Of a stretch of 64,000 nt of DNA, positions 8,715-18,741 are shown piece by piece. Both the position numbers and the translations under genes were made by a program. Location: the sequence record OR644643.1. One strand, 5' to 3'. Source of the DNA: Klebsiella phage NU-KP11. Positions within the stretch are counted from its first letter, which is position 1; each line of letters opens with the position of its first letter. The notes beneath the pieces were generated by a model. It searched no databases. It saw nothing but the letters and a program-made list of their open reading frames with translations, and was not told where the DNA came from.

Positions 8715-8722
8715 TATTTATA
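8715..8722 (-). promoter_or_regulatory. late promoter (TATAAATA) for gene 36
   Basis: Minus strand reads ...GGCCCGGATCATCGGGCCTTATAAATATGTAAAAAGGGGTTATTATG. Exact T4 late -10 about 18 nt upstream of the ATG, immediately after a hairpin. Confidence 0.6.
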
Positions 8723-8746
8723 AGGCCCGATGATCCGGGCCTTTGT

Positions 8747-9883
8747 TTATGCATCAACTTCACGGAATTCGGAAGCAGAATAATCGCCACCAGGATAAAC
8801 CTTAGTATTCGGCAATTCAAATATATACGGTGTTCCACCATCGATCATGTTGTTCATTCTGATACCGTTAACCCCAAACTGTGCAGCAAAGTTTTGATCA
8901 GCTTCGACAGCAGATACCTGAACCATCACGAAGTTACGGATCGCAGATAAACTATCCGTAGCGGGTTTAGGATAACGAGATACAGCAACGTTAAATCCAT
9001 CACAACCACTGGGGATCGTATAGAACTGTTCAAATCGTAACCACTCATCAGGTTTATTTGCAGGAACTTCAATCACCGATGATGAAGTTTGAGCAGTACC
9101 CGTAAACCATCGAACAGTAACCCTTGTTGTTGATCCAGCATCCAATAATTCTTTACTGGCGTAAAAATCACCAGTAATCATCATAGCCAATCCAGGAGCC
9201 ATACCATAATCAGCTAGTTTAGAGATCACTGGGTTTGCAACAGGATACACTTTATATTCAGATCCATTGGTTGAATTGTATTCTTCCGTATCTTCAACAG
9301 ATCGGAAAGGTACACCAGTTCGACCAACATCACCAACGTTATCATAGACAAGATCGATTGATGCGCGTGAATCTTCTTTTAAAATTCCATCGTTCGCGTA
9401 AAACGATTCAATCAGTATACGAGATTTTGCGGCCCCATACAATGCAACATATGCAGAATTTGGGAATCTCTGAGCGAAATCAGCGCCTTGCCACATAACG
9501 GATCTGTTTTTAGCAAACCAATCATCAACGATTTGGCTTGTTTTGTATTCACCGTTAGTCATTATCAAATACAGCCCAGAAGTTTGAGCATCCATATATT
9601 CAACAAACGCTTTGTTTGCAGTTGCTGAATTATCATTCGATAATGTGAAGGTTTTAATTGGATCAACTATAGCATTGTTAATTCTCCATACGTTGATCCC
9701 AACACTAGGCGGTGTCCCTACCGCCTTTTGATTTAGTGTAAACTCATACTGATTAGGAACCGCATTGGGATGTGTTGCCTTTGCGGTTATTCTGTAAGTT
9801 ACGCTGTTTGTTTCCGATAGAATTTGCGTTTCTACAAAATCGGGGCCGAACCCCGCCATTAAGTTTGACATTATGCCACCCAC
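8747..9883 (-). CDS. 35: long tail fibre hinge protein gp35
   Basis: C-terminus GVNGIRMN...EFREV matches T4 gp35. Size 378 vs 372 aa. Position between 36 and 34. Confidence 0.8.
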   Translation of the reverse strand: MGGIMSNLMAGFGPDFVETQILSETNSVTYRITAKATHPNAVPNQYEFTLNQKAVGTPPSVGINVWRINNAIVDPIKTFTLSNDNSATANKAFVEYMDAQTSGLYLIMTNGEYKTSQIVDDWFAKNRSVMWQGADFAQRFPNSAYVALYGAAKSRILIESFYANDGILKEDSRASIDLVYDNVGDVGRTGVPFRSVEDTEEYNSTNGSEYKVYPVANPVISKLADYGMAPGLAMMITGDFYASKELLDAGSTTRVTVRWFTGTAQTSSSVIEVPANKPDEWLRFEQFYTIPSGCDGFNVAVSRYPKPATDSLSAIRNFVMVQVSAVEADQNFAAQFGVNGIRMNNMIDGGTPYIFELPNTKVYPGGDYSASEFREVDA

Positions 9884-12800
9884 TCAAATTTAACTGTCTG
9901 AGTAACCGGATCTGGGTAAATCTTAACATTACCAACTTTGATCCAATCGGTAACAGTCATGTTTTTAACCGTAGTACCAACAGCAGACGTTGCACCAATC
10001 TCGCCAGCAGTAGGCGGGTTGTTGCTGGTATACATGCGGCCCCACTCATCAAATTTACCCGTGATTGGGTTCATTTGACGGATCCAGAAGGATTGCGCCA
10101 GCGCATTAACACCAGTACCAGAGGTCGGACGAGGTGCCCAAATCTGATAAGTGAATGCAGTTCCGTTACCAAACTGCGTTAAAGTACCAGGTGCTTTAAC
10201 ATAGGTATAACGGGTTACAATCATGATATCCGGATTAATCGGGTCTGGTTCAAGAACCGGAACCGCATAACCAGGAAGCAAGTTGTACTGTGCCGATGCA
10301 GTGATCTCCGCCGTCCAGTTACCCCTAGATGCTTCTGTTACTGCATCCAGCGTTGACCAAGCCGCTTGACCTGCGATGATAATTGAACTGTTGTTTACCG
10401 TCAACCGTCCAGACATCGTATCACCTGCTTTACGTACATACGTAGGATTCAGCAAGGTTTGCGCGTTCTTCTCAGTAAAGACTTTATAAGAGTTCGCAGA
10501 TTCTTCCGCTACGATGTTGCCAGCATCAGAAGTCAGGATCTTAGTTGTCTTATTTTTAGTACCCATAGAGAGAACAGAACCAGCAGCCGTGATCACTGTA
10601 TCATTACCCAGCGTCACTTTGCTAATCGCCTGAATTTCAGGAGCCTGGAATTTAACGTTAGCTACAACGCCGCGAGTATCATTATACACAGAAAGATGAA
10701 CTGTGCTAGTGTTACCCGTTGAGATCATTGCAATACGCCCAGAGGCTGAACTTGCTTGAATTGACCAGTCGTTAGATGAACCACCATTCAAACGAAGTTT
10801 ACCCATCGATGAACCATCACCAACGTTCAGATCTCCACTAACATTCATTACCCGGAAACTTGCGTCGGCTGTTGAATTAATGTCAGCCTGTACAGTGGTT
10901 GCTTTCGTTAGAGTCAATGCCCCGTTAACCGTCTGATTAACATCACGACGAATGAACTGGGAAGAATCCAGGTTATCCAGCTTATCAGCATCAACCGCTT
11001 TAGCCCCGATCGGCAGATAGTGTTTCAGTGTTAAGTTCAGTTCATACGGAGAAACAGCAACACCTACAGCGGCATAACCATCATCCGGAAGAGTAGAACC
11101 AGCCACATCATTACCCGACCAAGTACCAAGCCCCTTAGACAGCTTCACAGTACCACGTACCAGATCGGTAGCTTGCCATGAAGTATCAACCTGAATTGTA
11201 TTTTTCAAGTTCTTAGGAGAAACAGCCTTGTTTGCAACGGTGCCAGCAGTAGTTTCAGTAGCCGTAGCCACCTGAATGATACCTTCTGCGCTCTCAGTCG
11301 CTTTCTTAGCGTGTAACTTCTTAGGGGTGACAAATACTGTATCTAATGTCCCTGCGTTCGTCTCAGACTGTGTAGCGACGCGTAAAGTACCACGTTGAGT
11401 TTCAGTTGCTGATTGAATACCGATGTTAACCGTAGTCCAGATAGTCCCAGATTGAGTTAACCCGTCAGCAGTAGCAACAGTAATATGGCTTGTATCGTCC
11501 AGATAACCTTTCAGTTTAGACGGTACGATCGCTTTATTCGTTACAGTACCTGCTGATACTTCGGCAGTGGTTGCAATTGCAATGATACCTGTCAGCGTTT
11601 CTGTTGCAGCACGATCGTTAAGCGTTTTAGGCGTTACCGCTCGCGTATAATCAGTCCCTGCGTTGGTTTCTGTCTGAGTAGCAATCTCGATCAAACCAAT
11701 ACGACCATCAGTAGAGGTTTTCTTGTGCAGCATTTCCGGAGTAACTACGGTCGGGATGTTTGCACTTGCAACAGTACCGTTAATAACTTCGGTTTCAGAA
11801 GCCAGCCATACAGCACCGGATTGTAACTGAGTCGCTTTATACTCACGAAGAGTTTTAGGCGTTACCGCTTTCTGATAATCTGAATGGTCATAAACCCCAG
11901 TACCAGCCTGAGCACGATCCGTGTTAGTGTTAGGAGCACCACCAGTAGCAACAAGGGCAAGGATACCAGTTAAGGTCGGCGATGCAATACGGTTATGCAA
12001 CTTTTTCGGGGTTACAATCGTAATATCATCGGTGCTTCCGTTTGTTTCTGCCTGAGTTGCGATTTCTGCCAATCCACGACGGGTTTCAGTCGCTGTTCTT
12101 TCGTTCAGCTTCTTAGGGGTAACAATCACATCATCCAGATAGCTATCGGTTGAAAGTTTGTTAACCTCGGCAGTTGTTGCTAACCGTGCAATACCACGAC
12201 GGGTTTCTGTAGCAGTTTTATTTGCTAACGTCATCGGAGTAATAGCAGTTTCGTCGTTCGGGTTATCTTCTAGGTTTTTGTTTACTTCTGCCTGTGCAGC
12301 CAGAGCAATAACACCAGTACGCGATCTGTTAGTTGCGTCAACACGTTCAACGATCGGACGATAATTAGCAACAACCCATTCTTTCGTAGCTTTCAGGTAA
12401 GAAAACTCGATATACGGGAGGTAATCACTAGCAGCATTAAATGCTAATGAAGTTACGCTAAACCAATCATCGGGCGGATAGTCTTTGCGCTGCGGGAACT
12501 GCATCATATTTTTGTTGGTGCGGATCTTGTCCGTTGTACCATCTTTAACTTTGATTGTACAGTTCTGGTTCTTACCCATCATATAAAGGGATACGTAAAC
12601 GCGATCACCATCAGCAACATCAGTTGGAAGGGTAACTGTAACGTTTGGTATAGTCCCAGAAGGGTTTGCAGTAACAAAAACGTAATCGTTAGGAACCGCG
12701 TTTAAATCACTGTAGATACGACGCAGACGAACACGGTTGTCAGCATCATATACTTTCCATTGGCTATTCTGTGCATCAAAGATGAACATACCAAAGCCGG

Positions 12801-13644
12801 ATTTCTGGCTAGTTACAGAAGTAACACCAGTACTTGCGCCGTCAGAAATAGTGTGTCCACTACCTGGATAAATCTGCAAAACGGCTACGTTGATAGAGTT
12901 CATTTTATCAGCGTCATAGGTTGTGATCACATCACCATCATTTGCATATTTCGGCAACTGGAGAGTGATTTTACCTGTAGCACTGTTACGGAAAACTGTC
13001 ATGCCAGATTGTAACTGGAATGAACCTGTTCCGGTTGCGTTCACGATCTCAGAATCGCGGTTATCCAGAGTTTCAGCAACACGCCATACGTTACCGTTAT
13101 AGATAAACGTTGCGATCATGTACGGGTGGGTCAGTCGATACTGTGCCGATTGTACAGTACGTAAACGGATCTGACGGGTGTTAGACTTAACAAGGATACT
13201 GTTCACACCTACTAAACCACCACAATCTTTAAACGTGATTACGTCGCCCTCTGTCGGGTTGTCCGGCAGCAGGTACAGAAGTTCAGTAAAGCGTCCATCA
13301 GCCATAATGTAACTACCAGATTCAATAATGCTACCATCTGGAGTGGTTACGTTACTATAAACCCATTTCGGGTCATTACGAGTTGCGATCCATTTGGATT
13401 CGTCGAAAGCCCCAGCAGGGGAAGCAATATTCTGTTTTGCGTACCAGATACGACGCGCATAAATGATCGCCATGTCTTGAGAATAACCACGGGTCGGGTC
13501 ATACTGCTGGATTCCGTTAAATTCATTGAAAAAGTCAACGTTAACGCCGTCACTCAGCGTATTACGATCAGCCTTCCCAACGTTGATAACTTTTTCACCA
13601 GCAGCATCAAGGCCACTTCGTGCGCGGAATGATTTAGCTACCAT
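9871..13644 (-). CDS. 34: long tail fibre proximal subunit gp34 (start at MVAKSFRA)
   Basis: Extensive colinear identity with T4 gp34 (QQYDPTRGY, TATETRRGIARLATTA, ITPKKLNERTATETRRG, HKKTSTDGRIGLIEIATQ, LDSSQFIRRD, C-terminal GNVKIYPDPVTQTVKFEWV). Track ORF starts 45 nt upstream but homology begins at ATG 13644. Confidence 0.95.
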   Translation of the reverse strand: MVAKSFRARSGLDAAGEKVINVGKADRNTLSDGVNVDFFNEFNGIQQYDPTRGYSQDMAIIYARRIWYAKQNIASPAGAFDESKWIATRNDPKWVYSNVTTPDGSIIESGSYIMADGRFTELLYLLPDNPTEGDVITFKDCGGLVGVNSILVKSNTRQIRLRTVQSAQYRLTHPYMIATFIYNGNVWRVAETLDNRDSEIVNATGTGSFQLQSGMTVFRNSATGKITLQLPKYANDGDVITTYDADKMNSINVAVLQIYPGSGHTISDGASTGVTSVTSQKSGFGMFIFDAQNSQWKVYDADNRVRLRRIYSDLNAVPNDYVFVTANPSGTIPNVTVTLPTDVADGDRVYVSLYMMGKNQNCTIKVKDGTTDKIRTNKNMMQFPQRKDYPPDDWFSVTSLAFNAASDYLPYIEFSYLKATKEWVVANYRPIVERVDATNRSRTGVIALAAQAEVNKNLEDNPNDETAITPMTLANKTATETRRGIARLATTAEVNKLSTDSYLDDVIVTPKKLNERTATETRRGLAEIATQAETNGSTDDITIVTPKKLHNRIASPTLTGILALVATGGAPNTNTDRAQAGTGVYDHSDYQKAVTPKTLREYKATQLQSGAVWLASETEVINGTVASANIPTVVTPEMLHKKTSTDGRIGLIEIATQTETNAGTDYTRAVTPKTLNDRAATETLTGIIAIATTAEVSAGTVTNKAIVPSKLKGYLDDTSHITVATADGLTQSGTIWTTVNIGIQSATETQRGTLRVATQSETNAGTLDTVFVTPKKLHAKKATESAEGIIQVATATETTAGTVANKAVSPKNLKNTIQVDTSWQATDLVRGTVKLSKGLGTWSGNDVAGSTLPDDGYAAVGVAVSPYELNLTLKHYLPIGAKAVDADKLDNLDSSQFIRRDVNQTVNGALTLTKATTVQADINSTADASFRVMNVSGDLNVGDGSSMGKLRLNGGSSNDWSIQASSASGRIAMISTGNTSTVHLSVYNDTRGVVANVKFQAPEIQAISKVTLGNDTVITAAGSVLSMGTKNKTTKILTSDAGNIVAEESANSYKVFTEKNAQTLLNPTYVRKAGDTMSGRLTVNNSSIIIAGQAAWSTLDAVTEASRGNWTAEITASAQYNLLPGYAVPVLEPDPINPDIMIVTRYTYVKAPGTLTQFGNGTAFTYQIWAPRPTSGTGVNALAQSFWIRQMNPITGKFDEWGRMYTSNNPPTAGEIGATSAVGTTVKNMTVTDWIKVGNVKIYPDPVTQTVKFEWVA

Positions 13645-13676
13645 TATCTTTTTTCCTATATTGTATTCAATACCAA

Positions 13677-13684
13677 TATTTATA
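13677..13684 (-). promoter_or_regulatory. late promoter (TATAAATA) for gene 34
   Basis: Minus strand TTTTTTGTATATAAATATTGG, about 33 nt upstream of ATG 13644. Confidence 0.6.
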
Positions 13685-13712
13685 TACAAAAAATGGCCCG
13701 AAGGCCATTTAA
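13685..13712 (-). terminator. rho-independent terminator upstream of the gene 34 late promoter
   Basis: Minus-strand hairpin AATGGCC-TTCG-GGCCATT followed by TTTTTTG. Confidence 0.55.
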
Positions 13713-13723
13713 CTGATTATTTA

Positions 13724-14023
13724 TTACTTCCGAACCATCTTTTTATATTTCTTGATTGTTTCGTCTGTAATCTGGTTTCGCTTATATAGAGGGGTTACAC
13801 CGAACGCCTCAACACCACGTTCATTAAGGATCGTTGCTACGATTTCCTGTCTGATAAACCAGCGCTTAACCTTTTCCGGAAACTGTTCATTGATGCTTTT
13901 AAACAGTTTGGCTTCCCAACTATCCAACGTTTCAGGGTGGATAATATGATCAAACCCTTCCAGAAAATCAATAGTTGTTGCGTGAATAGCGTTTGCTACT
14001 TTGCGAATGTATTCTTTATTCAT
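13724..14023 (-). CDS. hypothetical protein (99 aa)
   Basis: ORF track. Compact gene packing. No recognisable family. Confidence 0.55.
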   Translation of the reverse strand: MNKEYIRKVANAIHATTIDFLEGFDHIIHPETLDSWEAKLFKSINEQFPEKVKRWFIRQEIVATILNERGVEAFGVTPLYKRNQITDETIKKYKKMVRK

Positions 14024-14301
14024 GCTTCACCCAAATACTCTTTCAATTGCATATAACCGCCAATAAAATTACCATCTACAAAGATCCGAGGGTAAGTAAA
14101 TGCCATGCTTCGACTACGAACACGTTTCGCTAACTCTTCAATGCGGGGCCGATCGTAATCAAACCCCACACTGTTATTTGCTGGCTTTAGAACAGAATAA
14201 AATTCGTATTCTAATCCATGCTCATCAAGTAATTTCCGAGCTTCAATACAACCATAACATTTATGAAGCGATTCGGGAATACCGTAAATCTCGATTTTCA
14301 T
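14020..14301 (-). CDS. nrdH: glutaredoxin-like protein (NrdH-like), start at MKIEIYG
   Basis: MKIEIYGIPE...CYGC...FVDGNFIGGY thioredoxin-fold motifs. AAGGAAAG RBS upstream of ATG 14301. Adjacent to the nrdG/nrdD cluster. Confidence 0.7.
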   Translation of the reverse strand: MKIEIYGIPESLHKCYGCIEARKLLDEHGLEYEFYSVLKPANNSVGFDYDRPRIEELAKRVRSRSMAFTYPRIFVDGNFIGGYMQLKEYLGEA

Positions 14302-14929
14302 CAATTGCTTTCCTTCGTGCCGGAGTGATTTTGCTAATGATATCTTTCTTTGTATCAGAAAGCATACGCTCAATCAATTCCACCGCTTCAAGTTGTTGAT
14401 GCAGAGAAAGAAGGTTAATGATTTCCTTTTTCTGTTCATCAATAGCAGCTTCCTTGTCAATCGCGTACAGCTTATTATCACCGAAAACATGCTGTAATGC
14501 AAATTCAAGTGCCTGTGAATCAGTCGGCGCTGGTAGTACAGAAATCGAAGTGATCCGCTTGACAAAAGGATAATCAAATCGCAGATCATTGATATCTTGT
14601 TGAACAGGTTTTACAGTCATCCACATTTTAGGATCGGAAGATACAAAATTTAAAACAGGCGCGGCGACTTCTTCTTTAGTAGCGATCTTCGGTTCTTCTT
14701 CCGGCAAATCATATGCTTTGAAGTATTTCCAGATATGGCTAGGGATCTCATATTCGAAATCATCTTGCAGAACATAAGCAATGTCCTCAGTATCCCCAAT
14801 CGCAATACGATCGATTGTGATATAGCCGTTGTTTTTGATCAATTCAGCTAAAGCATTTCGCCAGGTTTTTTCTGCAAATTCTTTAGCGTCGATGTTCAGG
14901 GTATAAGATTTACCTTCTAATAATTCCAT
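14261..14929 (-). CDS. hypothetical protein (222 aa)
   Basis: ORF track. GAGGTG RBS. Confidence 0.55.
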   Translation of the reverse strand: MELLEGKSYTLNIDAKEFAEKTWRNALAELIKNNGYITIDRIAIGDTEDIAYVLQDDFEYEIPSHIWKYFKAYDLPEEEPKIATKEEVAAPVLNFVSSDPKMWMTVKPVQQDINDLRFDYPFVKRITSISVLPAPTDSQALEFALQHVFGDNKLYAIDKEAAIDEQKKEIINLLSLHQQLEAVELIERMLSDTKKDIISKITPARRKAIDENRDLRYSRIAS

Positions 14930-14937
14930 GTGTCACC

Positions 14938-14966
14938 TCATAAAAAAGGGTGCCGGAGCACCCAGT
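14938..14966 (-). terminator. rho-independent terminator
   Basis: Minus-strand hairpin GGGTGC-TCCG-GCACCC followed by TTTTTTAT. Confidence 0.5.
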
Positions 14967-14971
14967 TTAAT

Positions 14972-15946
14972 TTACTTGCTTACTTCTGCTACTTTTCGAG
15001 CAGCTTTGCGAACCAGGTCGGAAGCAGTACGCAGATTTTGAAGCGCGTCATCATGGGCTTTAACCGCTTCTTCAAGCTGTGCCATTGCTTTTGCGATTTC
15101 TTCTTTCTTAGCCGCTTCGTCTACGTTGATAGCGATAGTGCTATTACCGGAAACGCTAACAGGTTCATCAACAGTTCCGGTCGCCAGTTCACGGAAGAAC
15201 GAACGTTCAGAATCAACCAGATAGTAACCAACTTTTCCGGTCGGGGAATCAATGGTCTCTACCGTTTTGCTCAATTGATGATGTCCGTGTGCATTTGTAT
15301 GGTAAACGGTGTATACACCATTACTGTGTTCATCGGTATATGATTTGATCCCGTTGTTAGCACCACAACGATTTTTAAATTGCTGCGGTTTAACCAGAAC
15401 ATACGAACGGCCTTCAACAAATTTAGTCGGATCCAGTTCAACCGATATTGCCGAACCACCATCAAGCATTTGATCAAGATCTGCGGTTACTGGTGCAACA
15501 GGCGCAACCGGAGCCGTAACGTTGGCTTTTTTCGGTTTAGCTTTCGTTTTCTTAACCGGAGCCGCGCCAACTTCGACGAAATAACGAGCTTCCCACGAAC
15601 GCAGAGAGCTAAAAGTCATTTCCGGAGTATGCTCAATTTTGAAAGTATCTGAATTGGTTTTCGAGATAATTTTTACCTCGTTATTCAGGAATTTTTCGAT
15701 CTGTCTCGCCTGGATAGTGTTTGCGGTGTTAGATCCGCCGTGTGAATTGGTAGTAAACCCTTCACGGTCAACCAGTTTGTAAGTTTTACCAACCACGAAC
15801 GTTTTCAGTTCATTTGCTTGAACTGTCCACGGGCAAGAACCGCGCCCTGTATTACGGATGGTTTTCAGGGGAATGTTCCACTTCCAGCAGTAGTTACGCG
15901 CTTCTTTACGGGTTTTGAAATTCAGGATCATGATATTATCTCTCAA
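14972..15946 (-). CDS. hypothetical protein (324 aa) with a central Ala/Pro/Val/Lys-rich linker
   Basis: ORF track. Linker APVKKTKAKPKKANVTAPVAPVAPV separates two globular halves. Confidence 0.55.
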   Translation of the reverse strand: MRDNIMILNFKTRKEARNYCWKWNIPLKTIRNTGRGSCPWTVQANELKTFVVGKTYKLVDREGFTTNSHGGSNTANTIQARQIEKFLNNEVKIISKTNSDTFKIEHTPEMTFSSLRSWEARYFVEVGAAPVKKTKAKPKKANVTAPVAPVAPVTADLDQMLDGGSAISVELDPTKFVEGRSYVLVKPQQFKNRCGANNGIKSYTDEHSNGVYTVYHTNAHGHHQLSKTVETIDSPTGKVGYYLVDSERSFFRELATGTVDEPVSVSGNSTIAINVDEAAKKEEIAKAMAQLEEAVKAHDDALQNLRTASDLVRKAARKVAEVSK

Positions 15947-16000
15947 TTAAAGTTAATCGTCATTTACGATGTGGTAAGATTACCATAGTTACACATTAGG

Positions 16001-16492
16001 TCAAGCAATATTTTTAATTTCTATCGAATTTTTAGCGAATTCGATCATACGTTGATTATCTGAACCGCGAAACGGCTTTTTAGTTGGTAAATCTTTTTCA
16101 TACTTACCATCAATCAGAACATCAATGTAAGGAAGTAGCTTAGAACGTTCTGGGTCGGCCTGTAAAGCCTCCAGGGTATATCCTGTCCATAACCATACGT
16201 TTTTCTTTGGAAGTTCCTTAGAAACGCGCTCAAGCAGTTTTAGGATAGTAGGATAGTTGTCACGGTAAAGCGGATCGCCGCCAGTTAATGTAAGTCCATC
16301 AACATGCGGATTACTCAACAGAGAAATCAGATGATTTTCTGTCTCTTCCGTGTACGGTGTTCCGTTGCAAGGGTTCCACGTCGATTTGTTATAGCAACCT
16401 TCGCATTTATGATTGCATCCAGTCACAAACAAAACAACACGGATCCCTTTTCCGTTGACCACATCCATATTATAGATGCGGTCGTAATTCAT
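16001..16492 (-). CDS. nrdG: anaerobic ribonucleotide reductase activating protein NrdG (radical SAM)
   Basis: MNYDRIY...VNGKGIRVVLFVTGCNHKCEGCYNKSTW is nearly identical in pattern to T4 NrdG. Confidence 0.9.
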   Translation of the reverse strand: MNYDRIYNMDVVNGKGIRVVLFVTGCNHKCEGCYNKSTWNPCNGTPYTEETENHLISLLSNPHVDGLTLTGGDPLYRDNYPTILKLLERVSKELPKKNVWLWTGYTLEALQADPERSKLLPYIDVLIDGKYEKDLPTKKPFRGSDNQRMIEFAKNSIEIKNIA

Positions 16493-17016
16493 GCTTTTTC
16501 ACCAAACAGACGTTCTCTGATCGCTTCGTCAATAATGTCTGGGAACTGAGTGTTAACCCGTTGCATTACTGCTTTGCGTACAGTAACTTCCAGGTTATTC
16601 GAGACGCGAGCGATAAACGCGGCTTCGTCTGCAATAATGTTTTCTGTTGCATGAGCAATCGCCTCTTTCTCGATATCTTTAAGAATGGTTTGGCATTGCT
16701 GTTTTACCGATTCTTTGATTTTACCAGACAGTTCGCGAATATTGCCATAGTTGACATCGAAAACATTCGAATAACCATAACGTTTTTCGACGTAATCCGA
16801 GAATTCAGATTTGATGATCTGTGTAATTTCGGATGAGTTCGGCATTAGAACAGCTAACTGTTCCTGGATCCGTTTGTTGATTTCTTCGCTAACACGCTTA
16901 CCAACTACGCTATTCACCACGTTTTTGATGATAGCAGATTGGAGATCTACGCGGGCGGTTGAACCTTCCGGAAACAGGCTTAACACCGCATTTGTGTCTA
17001 ATTTCAGTTGAATCAT
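16489..17016 (-). CDS. hypothetical protein (175 aa)
   Basis: ORF track. 4-nt overlap with neighbours. Confidence 0.55.
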   Translation of the reverse strand: MIQLKLDTNAVLSLFPEGSTARVDLQSAIIKNVVNSVVGKRVSEEINKRIQEQLAVLMPNSSEITQIIKSEFSDYVEKRYGYSNVFDVNYGNIRELSGKIKESVKQQCQTILKDIEKEAIAHATENIIADEAAFIARVSNNLEVTVRKAVMQRVNTQFPDIIDEAIRERLFGEKA

Positions 17017-17228
17017 TTCATGTTACCTTTCTTCACGAGGATCAGTTCTTTGATCCGTTCAACAATAACGATGTATTCCCATTTAGCTAACTTTTGGGTA
17101 TCACACCACTTTTGAAACTCTTTCATAGCCTCTAAGTGACCTTTACTCCAGTACATTTCTGCAATTTCGTTGCAAAGAGTTTCAGTAGCAGTGTTTTTGA
17201 TTTTCATAACATCCTCCTTAGTTGACAA
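17013..17228 (-). CDS. hypothetical protein (71 aa)
   Basis: ORF track. Confidence 0.45.
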   Translation of the reverse strand: MSTKEDVMKIKNTATETLCNEIAEMYWSKGHLEAMKEFQKWCDTQKLAKWEYIVIVERIKELILVKKGNMK

Positions 17229-17267
17229 GAAGGATGTTACTACATTCAGATATACAGGTCAATACTT

Positions 17268-17519
17268 TTATGGATAATATTGAATGAAAAATGAAGGATG
17301 TCCTTCATAGTTCACATCAACAGCACCAATTTTAACGATTGCATCGCGGCGGGTAGCCTCTTCGACAATCTGATCGGTTAGGCTTACAATCTCACCGGAT
17401 ACCCAATGCAATTTGTGTTCCGGATCTGTAGCCCCACAGAAAAACAGTTCGATTTCGTTAGCTTCCAGTTCACAGCGTAGATAGTTCAAATTACGTGAAT
17501 TTGTTTTGTTGAAAATCAT
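17268..17519 (-). CDS. hypothetical protein (83 aa)
   Basis: ORF track. Confidence 0.45.
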   Translation of the reverse strand: MIFNKTNSRNLNYLRCELEANEIELFFCGATDPEHKLHWVSGEIVSLTDQIVEEATRRDAIVKIGAVDVNYEGHPSFFIQYYP

Positions 17520-17528
17520 AATTTATAC

Positions 17529-18041
17529 CTATTTCAATAGTTTACCGCGTAGATAATCAGGAGCTTTTAAAATTTTCCCGTCGTCTACATACCCAACTTC
17601 AATTAAATCATCAATTAGATTGATAGATTCCCCAGATGCTGCATAGAATTGCAACCTTCTTTTCTTTACGATAGCCATATAAACATGATTATACGTAGGA
17701 GTCATTCTCTTAACAACACCAATCATACAGAGTCTGTTAAGGCATCCAGTATAAGATCGGCCCGTTGCTTTTGAGTAATCTTCCAGGCTTCCGCGTGGTA
17801 TAGCAGAAACAAGATCCTTGTAGTCTTTTCGTTTCCACGTCCGACCAACCGCACATTTTGTTACACCGTCAGCCATTTTAGAATTTGGGTGCTTCTCATC
17901 TTCACGCATCTTTTTATCTTCAAGAAATTTCTGAAATCGAATTTCTTCGAGATAGTCAATAGCGTTCTGAAAACGATTTTGTCTCTTCTCGCGTTCAACA
18001 ATACGGGAAGGAAATAACTTATCAAGGATCTTGCTAATCAT
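17529..18041 (-). CDS. hypothetical protein (170 aa)
   Basis: ORF track. Confidence 0.5.
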   Translation of the reverse strand: MISKILDKLFPSRIVEREKRQNRFQNAIDYLEEIRFQKFLEDKKMREDEKHPNSKMADGVTKCAVGRTWKRKDYKDLVSAIPRGSLEDYSKATGRSYTGCLNRLCMIGVVKRMTPTYNHVYMAIVKKRRLQFYAASGESINLIDDLIEVGYVDDGKILKAPDYLRGKLLK

Positions 18042-18247
18042 TTTATATCATCCCGAATCGAATCAAGAACAATGTAATCTATCCCATTCACTCGTTTACC
18101 ACTGGGTTTACGATAGCGAATGTTACGGCCTTTCATATCAGTTGCTTTTGAAATGTAGAATGACTTTGTTTCACGTAGCCATTCACTCCATTCCTGATAT
18201 GAATTCCCGACATTTCGACGCACTTTAGCGTATAACGGAAACATCAC
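18038..18247 (-). CDS. hypothetical protein (69 aa)
   Basis: ORF track. 4-nt overlaps on both sides. Confidence 0.4.
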   Translation of the reverse strand: MMFPLYAKVRRNVGNSYQEWSEWLRETKSFYISKATDMKGRNIRYRKPSGKRVNGIDYIVLDSIRDDIK

Positions 18248-18741
18248 AAAGCCTTTAATTTAGCAAGGGTTGATTTATGAAAATCAACTTGTTTTTCTGA
18301 ATTTTTCAGATTGCGTTCAGCTTCCCGGATCAGGTAATTCCGGCGAGAGCGCAACAAGTTGAGAACATCTTTCGCTTTACGGGCGCGTTTACCGAACAGA
18401 TGACAAGTACCGAGATTGTCAAGCATGTTCAGGAGATCATAGATTTCCTTTGCTTCGTCCTCTTTTGGTAATAACGGTTTCTCTTTAACAACAACGTGTT
18501 TTTTGAATAATTCACGATCGCTATTAGTAAAAATGTAAGATTCTGATTCAAACTTTGTACCAAAGTAATCAGTAAACCCTTTAACACCGAATACGTCATA
18601 CTCAGTAACTTTAATAGGAAATACTACCTTAGACAAATCATTAGCCGAGAACGAACCGCCACGAATAGCTAAGTTTCGGTATGCAGTCCCAAAGCACGTA
18701 TCATCACGAAAAACAAATTTATCTTTTGTCCAATACATCAT
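18244..18741 (-). CDS. hypothetical protein (165 aa)
   Basis: ORF track. Confidence 0.5.
   Translation of the reverse strand: MMYWTKDKFVFRDDTCFGTAYRNLAIRGGSFSANDLSKVVFPIKVTEYDVFGVKGFTDYFGTKFESESYIFTNSDRELFKKHVVVKEKPLLPKEDEAKEIYDLLNMLDNLGTCHLFGKRARKAKDVLNLLRSRRNYLIREAERNLKNSEKQVDFHKSTLAKLKAL

Noticed and set aside
14374-14589. 71-aa minus-strand ORF overlapping the 222-aa gene in another frame, and similar nested ORFs (for example 1288-1581, 1445-1735, 16304-16549, 19054-19527, 40477-41427)
   Set aside because: Fully embedded in longer ORFs that have homology or better coding signal. No independent RBS. Considered frame shadows.
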